A stretch of 64,000 nucleotides of DNA from Auanema rhodensis. Its lineage: Eukaryota; Animalia; Nematoda. The stretch covers positions 22,320,001 through 22,384,000 of the forward strand of contig OZ059900.1 in NCBI GenBank assembly GCA_964057225.1. The letters run 5' to 3'. Every line of letters begins with the position of its first letter. The stretch's first letter is position 1. Under the pieces are notes generated by a model, which did not search any database, was not told the DNA's origin, and saw only the letters and a program-made list of their open reading frames with translations. Below are positions 26,652-41,600 of this stretch, in pieces. The translations under genes were made by a program, and so were the position numbers.

Positions 26652-29600
26652 GGGGTTAGAAAATTAAGGAAATTAGCATATTCTGAGGGCACGCCTCTTA
26701 TGGCTAATATTGATTAAATCGATTTTTGTTCATATGAGTCGTCAAATGCAACGAATTTCAGCGTGTTACATACTAAAATGAAGCATTTTACATGCTGAAC
26801 ACTATAAAATTACAAAAACACAGTATTTCCCATGAGAAATATTTTATTATGCTGGAAAACCAGTTTTTGGAAATTTCGCTGTAAACAAGGTTTTGACTTA
26901 CGATTTCATGTGTTCAAACTCATGCAATGTCAATGAAACCTAGCTCAAAATTGTTCCTACAACGTCTAGTTCCACTTTCACGACAAAAAAACAGGGGTTA
27001 GAAAATTAAGGAAATTAGCATATTCTGAGGGCACGCCCGTTATGGCTAATATTGATTAAATCGATTTTTGTTCATATGAGTCGTCAAATGAAACGAATTT
27101 CAGCGTGTTACATACTAAAATGAAGCATTTTACATGCTGAACACTATAAAAATACAAAAACACAGTATTTCCCATGAGAAATATTTTATTATGCTGGAAA
27201 ACCAGTTTTTGGAAAGTTCGCTGTAAATAAGGTTTTGACATACGATTTCATGTGTTCAAACTCATGCAATGTCAATGAAACCTAGCTCAAAATTGTTCGT
27301 ACAACGTCTAGTTCCACTTTCACGACAAAAAAACAGGGGTTAGAAAATTAAGGAAATTAGCATATTCTGAGGGCACGCCCCTTATGGCTAGTATTGATTA
27401 AATCGATTTTTGTTCATATGAGTCGTCAAATGCAACGAATTTCAGCGTGTTACATACTAAAATGAAGCATTTCACATGCTGAACACTAGAAAAATACAAA
27501 AACACAGTATTTCCCATGAGAAATATTTTATTATGCTGGAAAACCAGTTTTTGGAAATTTCGCTGTAAACAAGGTTTTGACTTACGATTTCATGTGTTCA
27601 AACTCATGCAATGTCAATGAAACCTAGCTCAAAATTGTTCCTACAACGTCTAGTTCCACTTTCACGACAAAAAACAGGGGTTAGAAAATTAAGGAAATTA
27701 GCATATTCTGAGGGCACGCCCCTTATGGCTAATATTGATTAAATCGATTTTTGTTCATATGAGTCGTCAAATGCAACGAATTTCAGCGTGTTACATACTA
27801 AAATGAAGCATTTTACATGCTGAACACTAGAAAAATACAAAAACACAGTATTTCCCATGAGAAATATTTTATTATGCTGGAAAACCAGTTTTTGGAAATT
27901 TCGCTGTAAACAAGGTTTTGACTTACGATTTCATGTGTTCAAACTCATGCAATGTCAATGAAACCTAGCTCAAAATTGTTCCTACAACGTCTAGTTCCAC
28001 TTTCACGACAAAAAAACAGGGGTTAGAAAATTAAGGAAATTAGCATATTCTGAGGGCACGCCCCTTATGGCTAATATTGATTAAATCGATTTTTGTTCAT
28101 ATGAGTCGTCAAATGCAACGAATTTCAGCGTGTTACATACAATGAAGCATTTCACATGCTGAACACTAGAAAAATACAAAAACACAGTATTTCCCATGAG
28201 AAATATTTTATTATGCTGGAAAACCAGTTTTTGGAAATTTCGCTGTAAACAAGTTTTTGACTTACGATTTCATGTGTTCAAACTCATGCAATGTCAATGA
28301 AACCTAGCTCAAAATTGTTCCTACAACGTCTAGTTCCACTTTCACGACAAAAAAACAGGGGTTAGAAAATTAAGGAAATTAGCATATTCTGAGGGCACGC
28401 CCGTTATGGCTAATATTGATTAAATCGATTTTTGTTCATCTGAGTCGTCAAATGAAACGAATTTCAGCGTGTTACATACTAAAATGAAGCATTTTACATG
28501 CTGAACACTATAAAAATACAAAAACACAGTATTTCCCATGAGAAATATTTTATTATGCTGGAAAACCAGTTTTTGGAAAGTTCGCTGTAAATAAGGTTTT
28601 GACATACGATTTCATGTGTTCAAACTCATGCAATGTCAATGAAACCTAGCTCAAAATTGTTCGTACAACGTCTAGTTCCACTTTCACGACAAAAAAACAG
28701 GGGTTAGAAAATTAAGGAAATTAGCATATTCTGAGGGCACGCCCCTTATGGCTAGTATTGATTAAATCGATTTTTGTTCATATGAGTCGTCAAATGCAAC
28801 GAATTTCAGCGTGTTACATACTAAAATGAAGCATTTCACATGCTGAACACTAGAAAAATACAAAAACACAGTATTTCCCATGAGAAATATTTTATTATGC
28901 TGGAAAACCAGTTTTTGGAAATTTCGCTGTAAACAAGGTTTTGACTTACGATTTCATGTGTTCAAACTCATGCAATGTCAATGAAACCTAGCTCAAAATT
29001 GTTCCTACAACGTCTAGTTCCACTTTCACGACAAAAAACAGGGGTTAGAAAATTAAGGAAATTAGCATATTCTGAGGGCACGCCCCTTATGGCTAATATT
29101 GATTAAATCGATTTTTGTTCATATGAGTCGTCAAATGCAACGAATTTCAGCGTGTTACATACTAAAATGAAGCATTTTACATGCTGAACACTAGAAAAAT
29201 ACAAAAACACAGTATTTCCCATGAGAAATATTTTATTATGCTGGAAAACCAGTTTTTGGAAATTTCGCTGTAAACAAGGTTTAGACTTACGATTTCATGT
29301 GTTCAAACTCATGCAATGTCAATGAAACCTAGCTCAAAATTGTTCCTACAACGTCTAGTTCCACTTTCACGACAAAAAAACAGGGGTTAGAAAATTAAGG
29401 AAATTAGCATATTCTGAGGGCACGCCCCTTATGGCTAATATTGATTAAATCGATTTTTGTTCATATGAGTCGTCAAATGCAACGAATTTCAGCGTGTTAC
29501 ATACAATGAAGCATTTCACATGCTGAACACTAGAAAAATACAAAAACACAGTATTTCCCATGAGAAATATTTTATTATGCTGGAAAACCAGTTTTTGGAA

Positions 29601-32600
29601 ATTTCGCTGTAAACAAGTTTTTGACTTACGATTTCATGTGTTCAAACTCATGCAATGTCAATGAAACCTAGCTCAAAATTGTTCCTACAACGTCTAGTTC
29701 CACTTTCACGACAAAAAAACAGGGGTTAGAAAATTAAGGAAATTAGCATATTCTGAGGGCACGCCTCTTATGGCTAATATTGATTAAATCGATTTTTGTT
29801 CATATGAGTCGTCAAATGCAACGAATTTCAGCGTGTTACATACTAAAATGAAGCATTTTACATGCTGAACACTATAAAATTACAAAAACACAGTATTTCC
29901 CATGAGAAATATTTTATTATGCTGGAAAACCAGTTTTTGGAAATTTCGCTGTAAACAAGGTTTTGACTTACGATTTCATGTGTTCAAACTCATGCAATGT
30001 CAATGAAACCTAGCTCAAAATTGTTCCTACAACGTCTAGTTCCACTTTCACGACAAAAAACAGGGGTTAGAAAATTAAGGAAATTAGCATATTCTGAGGG
30101 CACGCCCCTTATGGCTAATATTGATTAAATCGATTTTTGTTCATATGAGTCGTCAAATGCAACGAATTTCAGCGTGTTACATACTAAAATGAAGCATTTT
30201 ACATGCTGAACACTAGAAAAATACAAAAACACAGTATTTCCCATGAGAAATATTTTATTATGCTGGAAAACCAGTTTTTGGAAATTTCGCTGTAAACAAG
30301 GTTTTGACTTACGATTTCATGTGTTCAAACTCATGCAATGTCAATGAAACCTAGCTCAAAATTGTTCCTACAACGTCTAGTTCCACTTTCACGACAAAAA
30401 AACAGGGGTTAGAAAATTAAGGAAATTAGCATATTCTGAGGGCACGCCCCTTTGGGCAATATTGATTAAATCGATTTTTGTTCATATGAGTCGTCAAATG
30501 CAACGAATTTCAGCGTGTTACATACTAAAATGAAGCATTTCACATGCTGAACACTAGAAAAATACAAAAACACAGTATTTCCCATGAGAAATATTTTATT
30601 ATGCTGGAAAACCAGTTTTTGGAAATTTCGCTGTAAACAAGGTTTTGACTTACGATTTCATGTGTTCAAACTCATGCAATGTCAATGAAACCTAGCTCAA
30701 AATTGTTCCTACAACGTCTAGTTCCACTTTCACGACAAAAAAACAGGGGTTAGAAAATTAAGGAAATTAGCATATTCTGAGGGCACGCCCCTTATGGCTA
30801 ATATTGATTAAATCGATTTTTGTTCATATGAGTCGTCAAATGCAACGAATTTCAGCGTGTTACATACTAAAATGAAGCATTTTACATGCTGAACACTAGA
30901 AAAATACAAAAACACAGTATTTCTCATGAGAAATATTTTATTATGCTGGAAAACCAGTTTTTGGAAATTTCGCTGTAAACAAGGTTTTGACTTACGATTT
31001 CATGTGTTCAAACTCATGCAATGTCAATGAAACCTAGCTCAAAATTGTTTGTACAACGTCTAGTTCCACTTTCACGACAAAAAAACAGGGGTTAGAAAAT
31101 TAAGGAAATTAGCATATTCTGAGGGCACGCCCCTTATGGCTAATATTGATTAAATCGATTTTTGTTCATATGAGTCGTCAAATGCAACGAATTTCAGCGT
31201 GTTACATACTAAAATGAAGCATTTCACATGCTGAACACTAGAAAAATACAAAAACACAGTATTTCCCATGAGAAATATTTTATTATGCTGGAAAACCAGT
31301 TTTTGGAAATTTCGCTGTAAACAAGTTTTTGACTTACGATTTTATGTGTTCAAACTCATGCAATGTCAATGAAACCTAGCTCATAATTGTTCCTACAACG
31401 TCTAGTTCCACTTTCACGACAAAAAAACAGGGGTTAGAAAATTAAGGAAATTAGCATATTCTGAGGGCACGCCTCTTATGGCTAATATTGATTAAATCGA
31501 TTTTTGTTCATATGAGTCGTCAAATGCAACGAATTTCAGCGTGTTACATACTAAAATGAAGTATTTTACATGCTGAACACTAGAAAAATACAAAAACACA
31601 GTATTTCCCATGAGAAATATTTTATTATGCTGGAAAACCAGTTTTTGGAAATTTCGCTGTAAACAAGGTTTTGACTTACGATTTCATGTGTTCAAACTCA
31701 TGCAATGTCAATGAAACCTAGCTCAAAATTGTTCCTACAACGTCTAGTTCCACTTTCACGACAAAAAAACAGGGGTTAGAAAATTAAGGAAATTAGCATA
31801 TTCTGAGGGCACGCCCCTTTGGGCAATATTGATTAAATCGATTTTTGTTCATATGAGTCGTCAAATGCAACGAATTTCAGCGTGTTACATACTAAAATGA
31901 AGCATTTCACATGCTGAACACTAGAAAAATACAAAAACACAGTATTTCCCATGAGAAATATTTTATTATGCTGGAAAACCAGTTTTTGGAAATTTCGCTG
32001 TAAACAAGGTTTTGACTTACGATTTCATGTGTTCAAACTCATGCAATGTCAATGAAACCTAGCTCAAAATTGTTCCTACAACGTCTAGTTCCACTTTCAC
32101 GACAAAAAAACAGGGGTTAGAAAATTAAGGAAATTAGCATATTCTGAGGGCACGCCCCTTATGGCTAATATTGATTAAATCGATTTTTGTTCATATGAGT
32201 CGTCAAATGCAACGAATTTCAGCGTGTTACATACTAAAATGAAGCATTTTACATGCTGAACACTAGAAAAATACAAAAACACAGTATTTCTCATGAGAAA
32301 TATTTTATTATGCTGGAAAACCAGTTTTTGGAAATTTCGCTGTAAACAAGGTTTTGACTTACGATTTCATGTGTTCAAACTCATGCAATGTCAATGAAAC
32401 CTAGCTCAAAATTGTTTGTACAACGTCTAGTTCCACTTTCACGACAAAAAAACAGGGGTTAGAAAATTAAGGAAATTAGCATATTCTGAGGGCACGCCCC
32501 TTATGGCTAATATTGATTAAATCGATTTTTGTTCATATGAGTCGTCAAATGCAACGAATTTCAGCGTGTTACATACTAAAATGAAGCATTTCACATGCTG

Positions 32601-35600
32601 AACACTAGAAAAATACAAAAACACAGTATTTCCCATGAGAAATATTTTATTATGCTGGAAAACCAGTTTTTGGAAATTTCGCTGTAAACAAGTTTTTGAC
32701 TTACGATTTTATGTGTTCAAACTCATGCAATGTCAATGAAACCTAGCTCATAATTGTTCCTACAACGTCTAGTTCCACTTTCACGACAAAAAAACAGGGG
32801 TTAGAAAATTAAGGAAATTAGCATATTCTGAGGGCACGCCTCTTATGGCTAATATTGATTAAATCGATTTTTGTTCATATGAGTCGTCAAATGCAACGAA
32901 TTTCAGCGTGTTACATACTAAAATGAAGCATTTTACATGCTGAACACTATAAAAATACAAAAACACAGTATTTCCCATGAGAAATATTTTATTATGCTGG
33001 AAAACCAGTTTTTGGAAATTTCGCTGTAAACAAGGTTTTGACTTACGATTTCATCTGTTCAAACTCATGCAATGTCAATGAAACCTAGCTCAAAATTGTT
33101 CGTACAACGTCTAGTTCCACTTTCACGACAAAAAAACAGGGGTTAGAAAATTAAGGAAATTAGCATATTCTGAGGGCACGCCCCTTATGGCTAATATTGA
33201 TTAAATCGATTTTTGTTCATATGAGTAGTCAAATGCAACGAATTTCAGCGTGTCACATACTAAAATGAAGCATTTTACATGCTGAACACTAGAAAAATAC
33301 AAAAACACAGTATTTCCCATGAGAAATATTTTATTATGCTGGAAAACCAGTTTTTGGAAATTTCGCTGTAAACAAGGTTTTGACTTACGATTTCATGTGT
33401 TCAAACTCATGCAATGTCAATGAAACCTAGCTCAAAATTGTTCGTACAACGTCTAGTTCCACTTTCACGACAAAAAAACAGGGGTTAGAAAATTAAGGAA
33501 ATTAGCATATTCTGAGGGCACGCCCCTTATGGCTAATATTGATTAAATCGATTTTTGTTCATATGAGTCGTCAAATGCAACGAATTTCAGCGTGTTACAT
33601 ACTAAAATGAAGCATTTTACATGCTGAACACTAGAAAAATACAAAAACACAGTATTTCCCATGAGAAATATTTTATTATGCTGGAAAACCAGTTTTTGGA
33701 AATTTCGCTGTAAACAAGGTTTTGACTTACGATTTCATGTGTTCAAACTCATGCAATGTCAATGAAACCTATCTCAAAATTGTTCCTACAACGTCTAGTT
33801 CCACTTTCACGACAAAAAAACAGGGGTTAGAAAATTAAGGAAATTAGCATATTCTGAGGGCACGCCCCTTATGGCTAATATTGATTAAATCGATTTTTGT
33901 TCATATGAGTCGTCAAATGAAACGAATTTCAGCGTGTTACATACTAAAATGAAGCATTTTACATGCTGAACACTATAAAAATACAAAAACACAGTATTTC
34001 CCATGAGAAATATTTTATTATGCTGGAAAACCAGTTTTTGGAAATTTCGCTGTAAACAAGTTTTTGACTTACGATTTCATGTGTTCAAACTCATGCAATG
34101 TCAATGAAACCTAGCTCATAATTGTTCCTACAACGTCTAGTTCCACTTTCACGACAAAAAAACAGGGGTTAGAAAATTAAGGAAATTAGCATATTCTGAG
34201 GGCACGCCTCTTATGGCTAATATTGATTAAATCGATTTTTGTTCATATGAGTCGTCAAATGCAACGAATTTCAGCGTGTTACATACTAAAATGAAGCATT
34301 TTACATGCTGAACACTATAAAAATACAAAAACACAGTATTTCCCATGAGAAATATTTTATTATGCTGGAAAACCAGTTTTTGGAAATTTCGCTGTAAACA
34401 AGGTTTTGACTTACGATTTCATCTGTTCAAACTCATGCAATGTCAATGAAACCTAGCTCAAAATTGTTCGTACAACGTCTAGTTCCACTTTCACGACAAA
34501 AAAACAGGGGTTAGAAAATTAAGGAAATTAGCATATTCTGAGGGCACGCCCCTTATGGCTAATATTGATTAAATCGATTTTTGTTCATATGAGTAGTCAA
34601 ATGCAACGAATTTCAGCGTGTTACATACTAAAATGAAGCATTTTACATGCTGAACACTAGAAAAATACAAAAACACAGTATTTCCCATGAGAAATATTTT
34701 ATTATGCTGGAAAACCAGTTTTTGGAAATTTCGCTGTAAACAAGGTTTTGACTTACGATTTCATGTGTTCAAACTCATGCAATGTCAATGAAACCTAGCT
34801 CAAAATTGTTCGTACAACGTCTAGTTCCACTTTCACGACAAAAAAACAGGGGTTAGAAAATTAAGGAAATTAGCATATTCTGAGGGCACGCCCCTTATGG
34901 CTAATATTGATTAAATCGATTTTTGTTCATATGAGTCGTCAAATGCAACGAATTTCAGCGTGTTACATACTAAAATGAAGCATTTTACATGCTGAACACT
35001 ATAAAAATACAAAAACACAGTATTTCCCATGAGAAATATTTTATTATGCTGGAAAACCAGTTTTTGGAAATTTCGCTGTAAACAAGGTTTTGACTTACGA
35101 TTTCATGTGTTCAAACTCATGCAATGTCAATGAAACCTAGCTCATAATTGTTCCTACAACGTCTAGTTCCACTTTCACGACAAAAAAACAGGGGTTAGAA
35201 AATTAAGGAAATTAGCATATTCTGAGGGCACGCCTCTTATGGCTAATATTGATTAAATCGATTTTTGTTCATATGAGTAGTCAAATGCAACGAATTTCAG
35301 CGTGTTACATACTAAAATGAAGCATTTTACATGCTGAACACTAGAAAAATACAAAAACACAGTATTTCCCATGAGAAATATTTTATTATGCTGGAAAACC
35401 AGTTTTTGGAAATTTCGCTGTAAACAAGTTTTTGACTTACGATTTCATGTGTTCAAACTCATGCAATGTCAATGAAACCTAGCTCAAAATTGTTCCTACA
35501 ACGTCTAGTTCCACTTTCACGACAAAAAAACAGGGGTTAGAAAATTAAGGAAATTAGCATATTCTGAGGGCACGCCTCTTATGGCTAATATTGATTAAAT

Positions 35601-38600
35601 CGATTTTTGTTCATATGAGTCGTCAAATGCAACGAATTTCAGCGTGTTACATACTAAAATGAAGCATTTTACATGCTGAACACTATAAAATTACAAAAAC
35701 ACAGTATTTCCCATGAGAAATATTTTATTATGCTGGAAAACCAGTTTTTGGAAATTTCGCTGTAAACAAGGTTTTGACTTACGATTTCATGTGTTCAAAC
35801 TCATGCAATGTCAATGAAACCTAGCTCAAAATTGTTCCTACAACGTCTAGTTCCACTTTCACGACAAAAAAACAGGGGTTAGAAAATTAAGGAAATTAGC
35901 ATATTCTGAGGGCACGCCCGTTATGGCTAATATTGATTAAATCGATTTTTGTTCATATGAGTCGTCAAATGAAACGAATTTCAGCGTGTTACATACTAAA
36001 ATGAAGCATTTTACATGCTGAACACTATAAAAATACAAAAACACAGTATTTCCCATGAGAAATATTTTATTATGCTGGAAAACCAGTTTTTGGAAAGTTC
36101 GCTGTAAATAAGGTTTTGACATACGATTTCATGTGTTCAAACTCATGCAATGTCAATGAAACCTAGCTCAAAATTGTTCGTACAACGTCTAGTTCCACTT
36201 TCACGACAAAAAAACAGGGGTTAGAAAATTAAGGAAATTAGCATATTCTGAGGGCACGCCCCTTATGGCTAGTATTGATTAAATCGATTTTTGTTCATAT
36301 GAGTCGTCAAATGCAACGAATTTCAGCGTGTTACATACTAAAATGAAGCATTTCACATGCTGAACACTAGAAAAATACAAAAACACAGTATTTCCCATGA
36401 GAAATATTTTATTATGCTGGAAAACCAGTTTTTGGAAATTTCGCTGTAAACAAGGTTTTGACTTACGATTTCATGTGTTCAAACTCATGCAATGTCAATG
36501 AAACCTAGCTCAAAATTGTTCCTACAACGTCTAGTTCCACTTTCACGACAAAAAACAGGGGTTAGAAAATTAAGGAAATTAGCATATTCTGAGGGCACGC
36601 CCCTTATGGCTAATATTGATTAAATCGATTTTTGTTCATATGAGTCGTCAAATGCAACGAATTTCAGCGTGTTACATACTAAAATGAAGCATTTTACATG
36701 CTGAACACTAGAAAAATACAAAAACACAGTATTTCCCATGAGAAATATTTTATTATGCTGGAAAACCAGTTTTTGGAAATTTCGCTGTAAACAAGGTTTT
36801 GACTTACGATTTCATGTGTTCAAACTCATGCAATGTCAATGAAACCTAGCTCAAAATTGTTCCTACAACGTCTAGTTCCACTTTCACGACAAAAAAACAG
36901 GGGTTAGAAAATTAAGGAAATTAGCATATTCTGAGGGCACGCCCCTTATGGCTAATATTGATTAAATCGATTTTTGTTCATATGAGTCGTCAAATGCAAC
37001 GAATTTCAGCGTGTTACATACAATGAAGCATTTCACATGCTGAACACTAGAAAAATACAAAAACACAGTATTTCCCATGAGAAATATTTTATTATGCTGG
37101 AAAACCAGTTTTTGGAAATTTCGCTGTAAACAAGTTTTTGACTTACGATTTCATGTGTTCAAACTCATGCAATGTCAATGAAACCTAGCTCAAAATTGTT
37201 CCTACAACGTCTAGTTCCACTTTCACGACAAAAAAACAGGGGTTAGAAAATTAAGGAAATTAGCATATTCTGAGGGCACGCCTCTTATGGCTAATATTGA
37301 TTAAATCGATTTTTGTTCATATGAGTCGTCAAATGCAACGAATTTCAGCGTGTTACATACTAAAATGAAGCATTTTACATGCTGAACACTATAAAATTAC
37401 AAAAACACAGTATTTCCCATGAGAAATATTTTATTATGCTGGAAAACCAGTTTTTGGAAATTTCGCTGTAAACAAGGTTTTGACTTACGATTTCATGTGT
37501 TCAAACTCATGCAATGTCAATGAAACCTAGCTCAAAATTGTTCCTACAACGTCTAGTTCCACTTTCACGACAAAAAAACAGGGGTTAGAAAATTAAGGAA
37601 ATTAGCATATTCTGAGGGCACGCCCGTTATGGCTAATATTGATTAAATCGATTTTTGTTCATATGAGTCGTCAAATGAAACGAATTTCAGCGTGTTACAT
37701 ACTAAAATGAAGCATTTTACATGCTGAACACTATAAAAATACAAAAACACAGTATTTCCCATGAGAAATATTTTATTATGCTGGAAAACCAGTTTTTGGA
37801 AAGTTCGCTGTAAATAAGGTTTTGACATACGATTTCATGTGTTCAAACTCATGCAAAGTCAATGAAACCTAGCTCAAAATTGTTCGTACAACGTCTAGTT
37901 CCACTTTCACGACAAAAAAACAGGGGTTAGAAAATTAAGGAAATTAGCATATTCTGAGGGCACGCCCCTTATGGCTAGTATTGATTAAATCGATTTTTGT
38001 TCATATGAGTCGTCAAATGCAACGAATTTCAGCGTGTTACATACTAAAATGAAGCATTTCACATGCTGAACACTAGAAAAATACAAAAACACAGTATTTC
38101 CCATGAGAAATATTTTATTATGCTGGAAAACCAGTTTTTGGAAATTTCGCTGTAAACAAGGTTTTGACTTACGATTTCATGTGTTCAAACTCATGCAATG
38201 TCAATGAAACCTAGCTCAAAATTGTTCCTACAACGTCTAGTTCCACTTTCACGACAAAAAACAGGGGTTAGAAAATTAAGGAAATTAGCATATTCTGAGG
38301 GCACGCCCCTTATGGCTAATATTGATTAAATCGATTTTTGTTCATATGAGTCGTCAAATGCAACGAATTTCAGCGTGTTACATACTAAAATGAAGCATTT
38401 TACATGCTGAACACTATAAAATTACAAAAACACAGTATTTCCCATGAGAAATATTTTATTATGCTGGAAAACCAGTTTTTGGAAATTTCGCTGTAAACAA
38501 GGTTTTGACTTACGATTTCATGTGTTCAAACTCATGCAATGTCAATGAAACCTAGCTCAAAATTGTTCCTACAACGTCTAGTTCCACTTTCACGACAAAA

Positions 38601-41600
38601 AAACAGGGGTTAGAAAATTAAGGAAATTAGCATATTCTGAGGGCACGCCTCTTATGGCTAATATTGATTAAATCGATTTTTGTTCATATGAGTCGTCAAA
38701 TGCAACGAATTTCAGCGTGTTACATACTAAAATGAAGCATTTTACATGCTGAACACTATAAAATTACAAAAACACAGTATTTCCCATGAGAAATATTTTA
38801 TTATGCTGGAAAACCAGTTTTTGGAAATTTCGCTGTAAACAAGGTTTTGACTTACGATTTCATGTGTTCAAACTCATGCAATGTCAATGAAACCTAGCTC
38901 AAAATTGTTCCTACAACGTCTAGTTCCACTTTCACGACAAAAAACAGGGGTTAGAAAATTAAGGAAATTAGCATATTCTGAGGGCACGCCCCTTATGGCT
39001 AATATTGATTAAATCGATTTTTGTTCATATGAGTCGTCAAATGCAACGAATTTCAGCGTGTTACATACTAAAATGAAGCATTTTACATGCTGAACACTAG
39101 AAAAATACAAAAACACAGTATTTCCCATGAGAAATATTTTATTATGCTGGAAAACCAGTTTTTGGAAATTTCGCTGTAAACAAGGTTTTGACTTACGATT
39201 TCATGTGTTCAAACTCATGCAATGTCAATGAAACCTAGCTCAAAATTGTTCCTACAACGTCTAGTTCCACTTTCACGACAAAAAAACAGGGGTTAGAAAA
39301 TTAAGGAAATTAGCATATTCTGAGGGCACGCCCCTTTGGGCAATATTGATTAAATCGATTTTTGTTCATATGAGTCGTCAAATGCAACGAATTTCAGCGT
39401 GTTACATACTAAAATGAAGCATTTCACATGCTGAACACTAGAAAAATACAAAAACACAGTATTTCCCATGAGAAATATTTTATTATGCTGGAAAACCAGT
39501 TTTTGGAAATTTCGCTGTAAACAAGGTTTTGACTTACGATTTCATGTGTTCAAACTCATGCAATGTCAATGAAACCTAGCTCAAAATTGTTCCTACAACG
39601 TCTAGTTCCACTTTCACGACAAAAAAACAGGGGTTAGAAAATTAAGGAAATTAGCATATTCTGAGGGCACGCCCCTTATGGCTAATATTGATTAAATCGA
39701 TTTTTGTTCATATGAGTCGTCAAATGCAACGAATTTCAGCGTGTTACATACTAAAATGAAGCATTTTACATGCTGAACACTAGAAAAATACAAAAACACA
39801 GTATTTCTCATGAGAAATATTTTATTATGCTGGAAAACCAGTTTTTGGAAATTTCGCTGTAAACAAGGTTTTGACTTACGATTTCATGTGTTCAAACTCA
39901 TGCAATGTCAATGAAACCTAGCTCAAAATTGTTTGTACAACGTCTAGTTCCACTTTCACGACAAAAAAACAGGGGTTAGAAAATTAAGGAAATTAGCATA
40001 TTCTGAGGGCACGCCCCTTATGGCTAATATTGATTAAATCGATTTTTGTTCATATGAGTCGTCAAATGCAACGAATTTCAGCGTGTTACATACTAAAATG
40101 AAGCATTTCACATGCTGAACACTAGAAAAATACAAAAACACAGTATTTCCCATGAGAAATATTTTATTATGCTGGAAAACCAGTTTTTGGAAATTTCGCT
40201 GTAAACAAGTTTTTGACTTACGATTTTATGTGTTCAAACTCATGCAATGTCAATGAAACCTAGCTCATAATTGTTCCTACAACGTCTAGTTCCACTTTCA
40301 CGACAAAAAAACAGGGGTTAGAAAATTAAGGAAATTAGCATATTCTGAGGGCACGCCTCTTATGGCTAATATTGATTAAATCGATTTTTGTTCATATGAG
40401 TCGTCAAATGCAACGAATTTCAGCGTGTTACATACTAAAATGAAGCATTTTACATGCTGAACACTATAAAAATACAAAAACACAGTATTTCCCATGAGAA
40501 ATATTTTATTATGCTGGAAAACCAGTTTTTGGAAATTTCGCTGTAAACAAGGTTTTGACTTACGATTTCGTCTGTTCAAACTCATGCAATGTCAATGAAA
40601 CCTAGCTCAAAATTGTTCGTACAACGTCTAGTTCCACTTTCACGACAAAAAAACAGGGGTTAGAAAATTAAGGAAATTAGCATATTCTGAGGGCACGCCC
40701 CTTATGGCTAATATTGATTAAATCGATTTTTGTTCATATGAGTAGTCAAATGCAACGAATTTCAGCGTGTCACATACTAAAATGAAGCATTTTACATGCT
40801 GAACACTAGAAAAATACAAAAACACAGTATTTCCCATGAGAAATATTTTATTATGCTGGAAAACCAGTTTTTGGAAATTTCGCTGTAAACAAGGTTTTGA
40901 CTTACGATTTCATGTGTTCAAACTCATGCAATGTCAATGAAACCTAGCTCAAAATTGTTCGTACAACGTCTAGTTCCACTTTCACGACAAAAAAACAGGG
41001 GTTAGAAAATTAAGGAAATTAGCATATTCTGAGGGCACGCCCCTTATGGCTAATATTGATTAAATCGATTTTTGTTCATATGAGTCGTCAAATGCAACGA
41101 ATTTCAGCGTGTTACATACTAAAATGAAGCATTTTACATGCTGAACACTAGAAAAATACAAAAACACAGTATTTCCCATGAGAAATATTTTATTATGCTG
41201 GAAAACCAGTTTTTGGAAATTTCGCTGTAAACAAGGTTTTGACTTACGATTTCATGTGTTCAAACTCATGCAATGTCAATGAAACCTATCTCAAAATTGT
41301 TCCTACAACGTCTAGTTCCACTTTCACGACAAAAAAACAGGGGTTAGAAAATTAAGGAAATTAGCATATTCTGAGGGCACGCCCCTTATGGCTAATATTG
41401 ATTAAATCGATTTTTGTTCATATGAGTCGTCAAATGAAACGAATTTCAGCGTGTTACATACTAAAATGAAGCATTTTACATGCTGAACACTATAAAAATA
41501 CAAAAACACAGTATTTCCCATGAGAAATATTTTATTATGCTGGAAAACCAGTTTTTGGAAATTTCGCTGTAAACAAGTTTTTGACTTACGATTTCATGTG

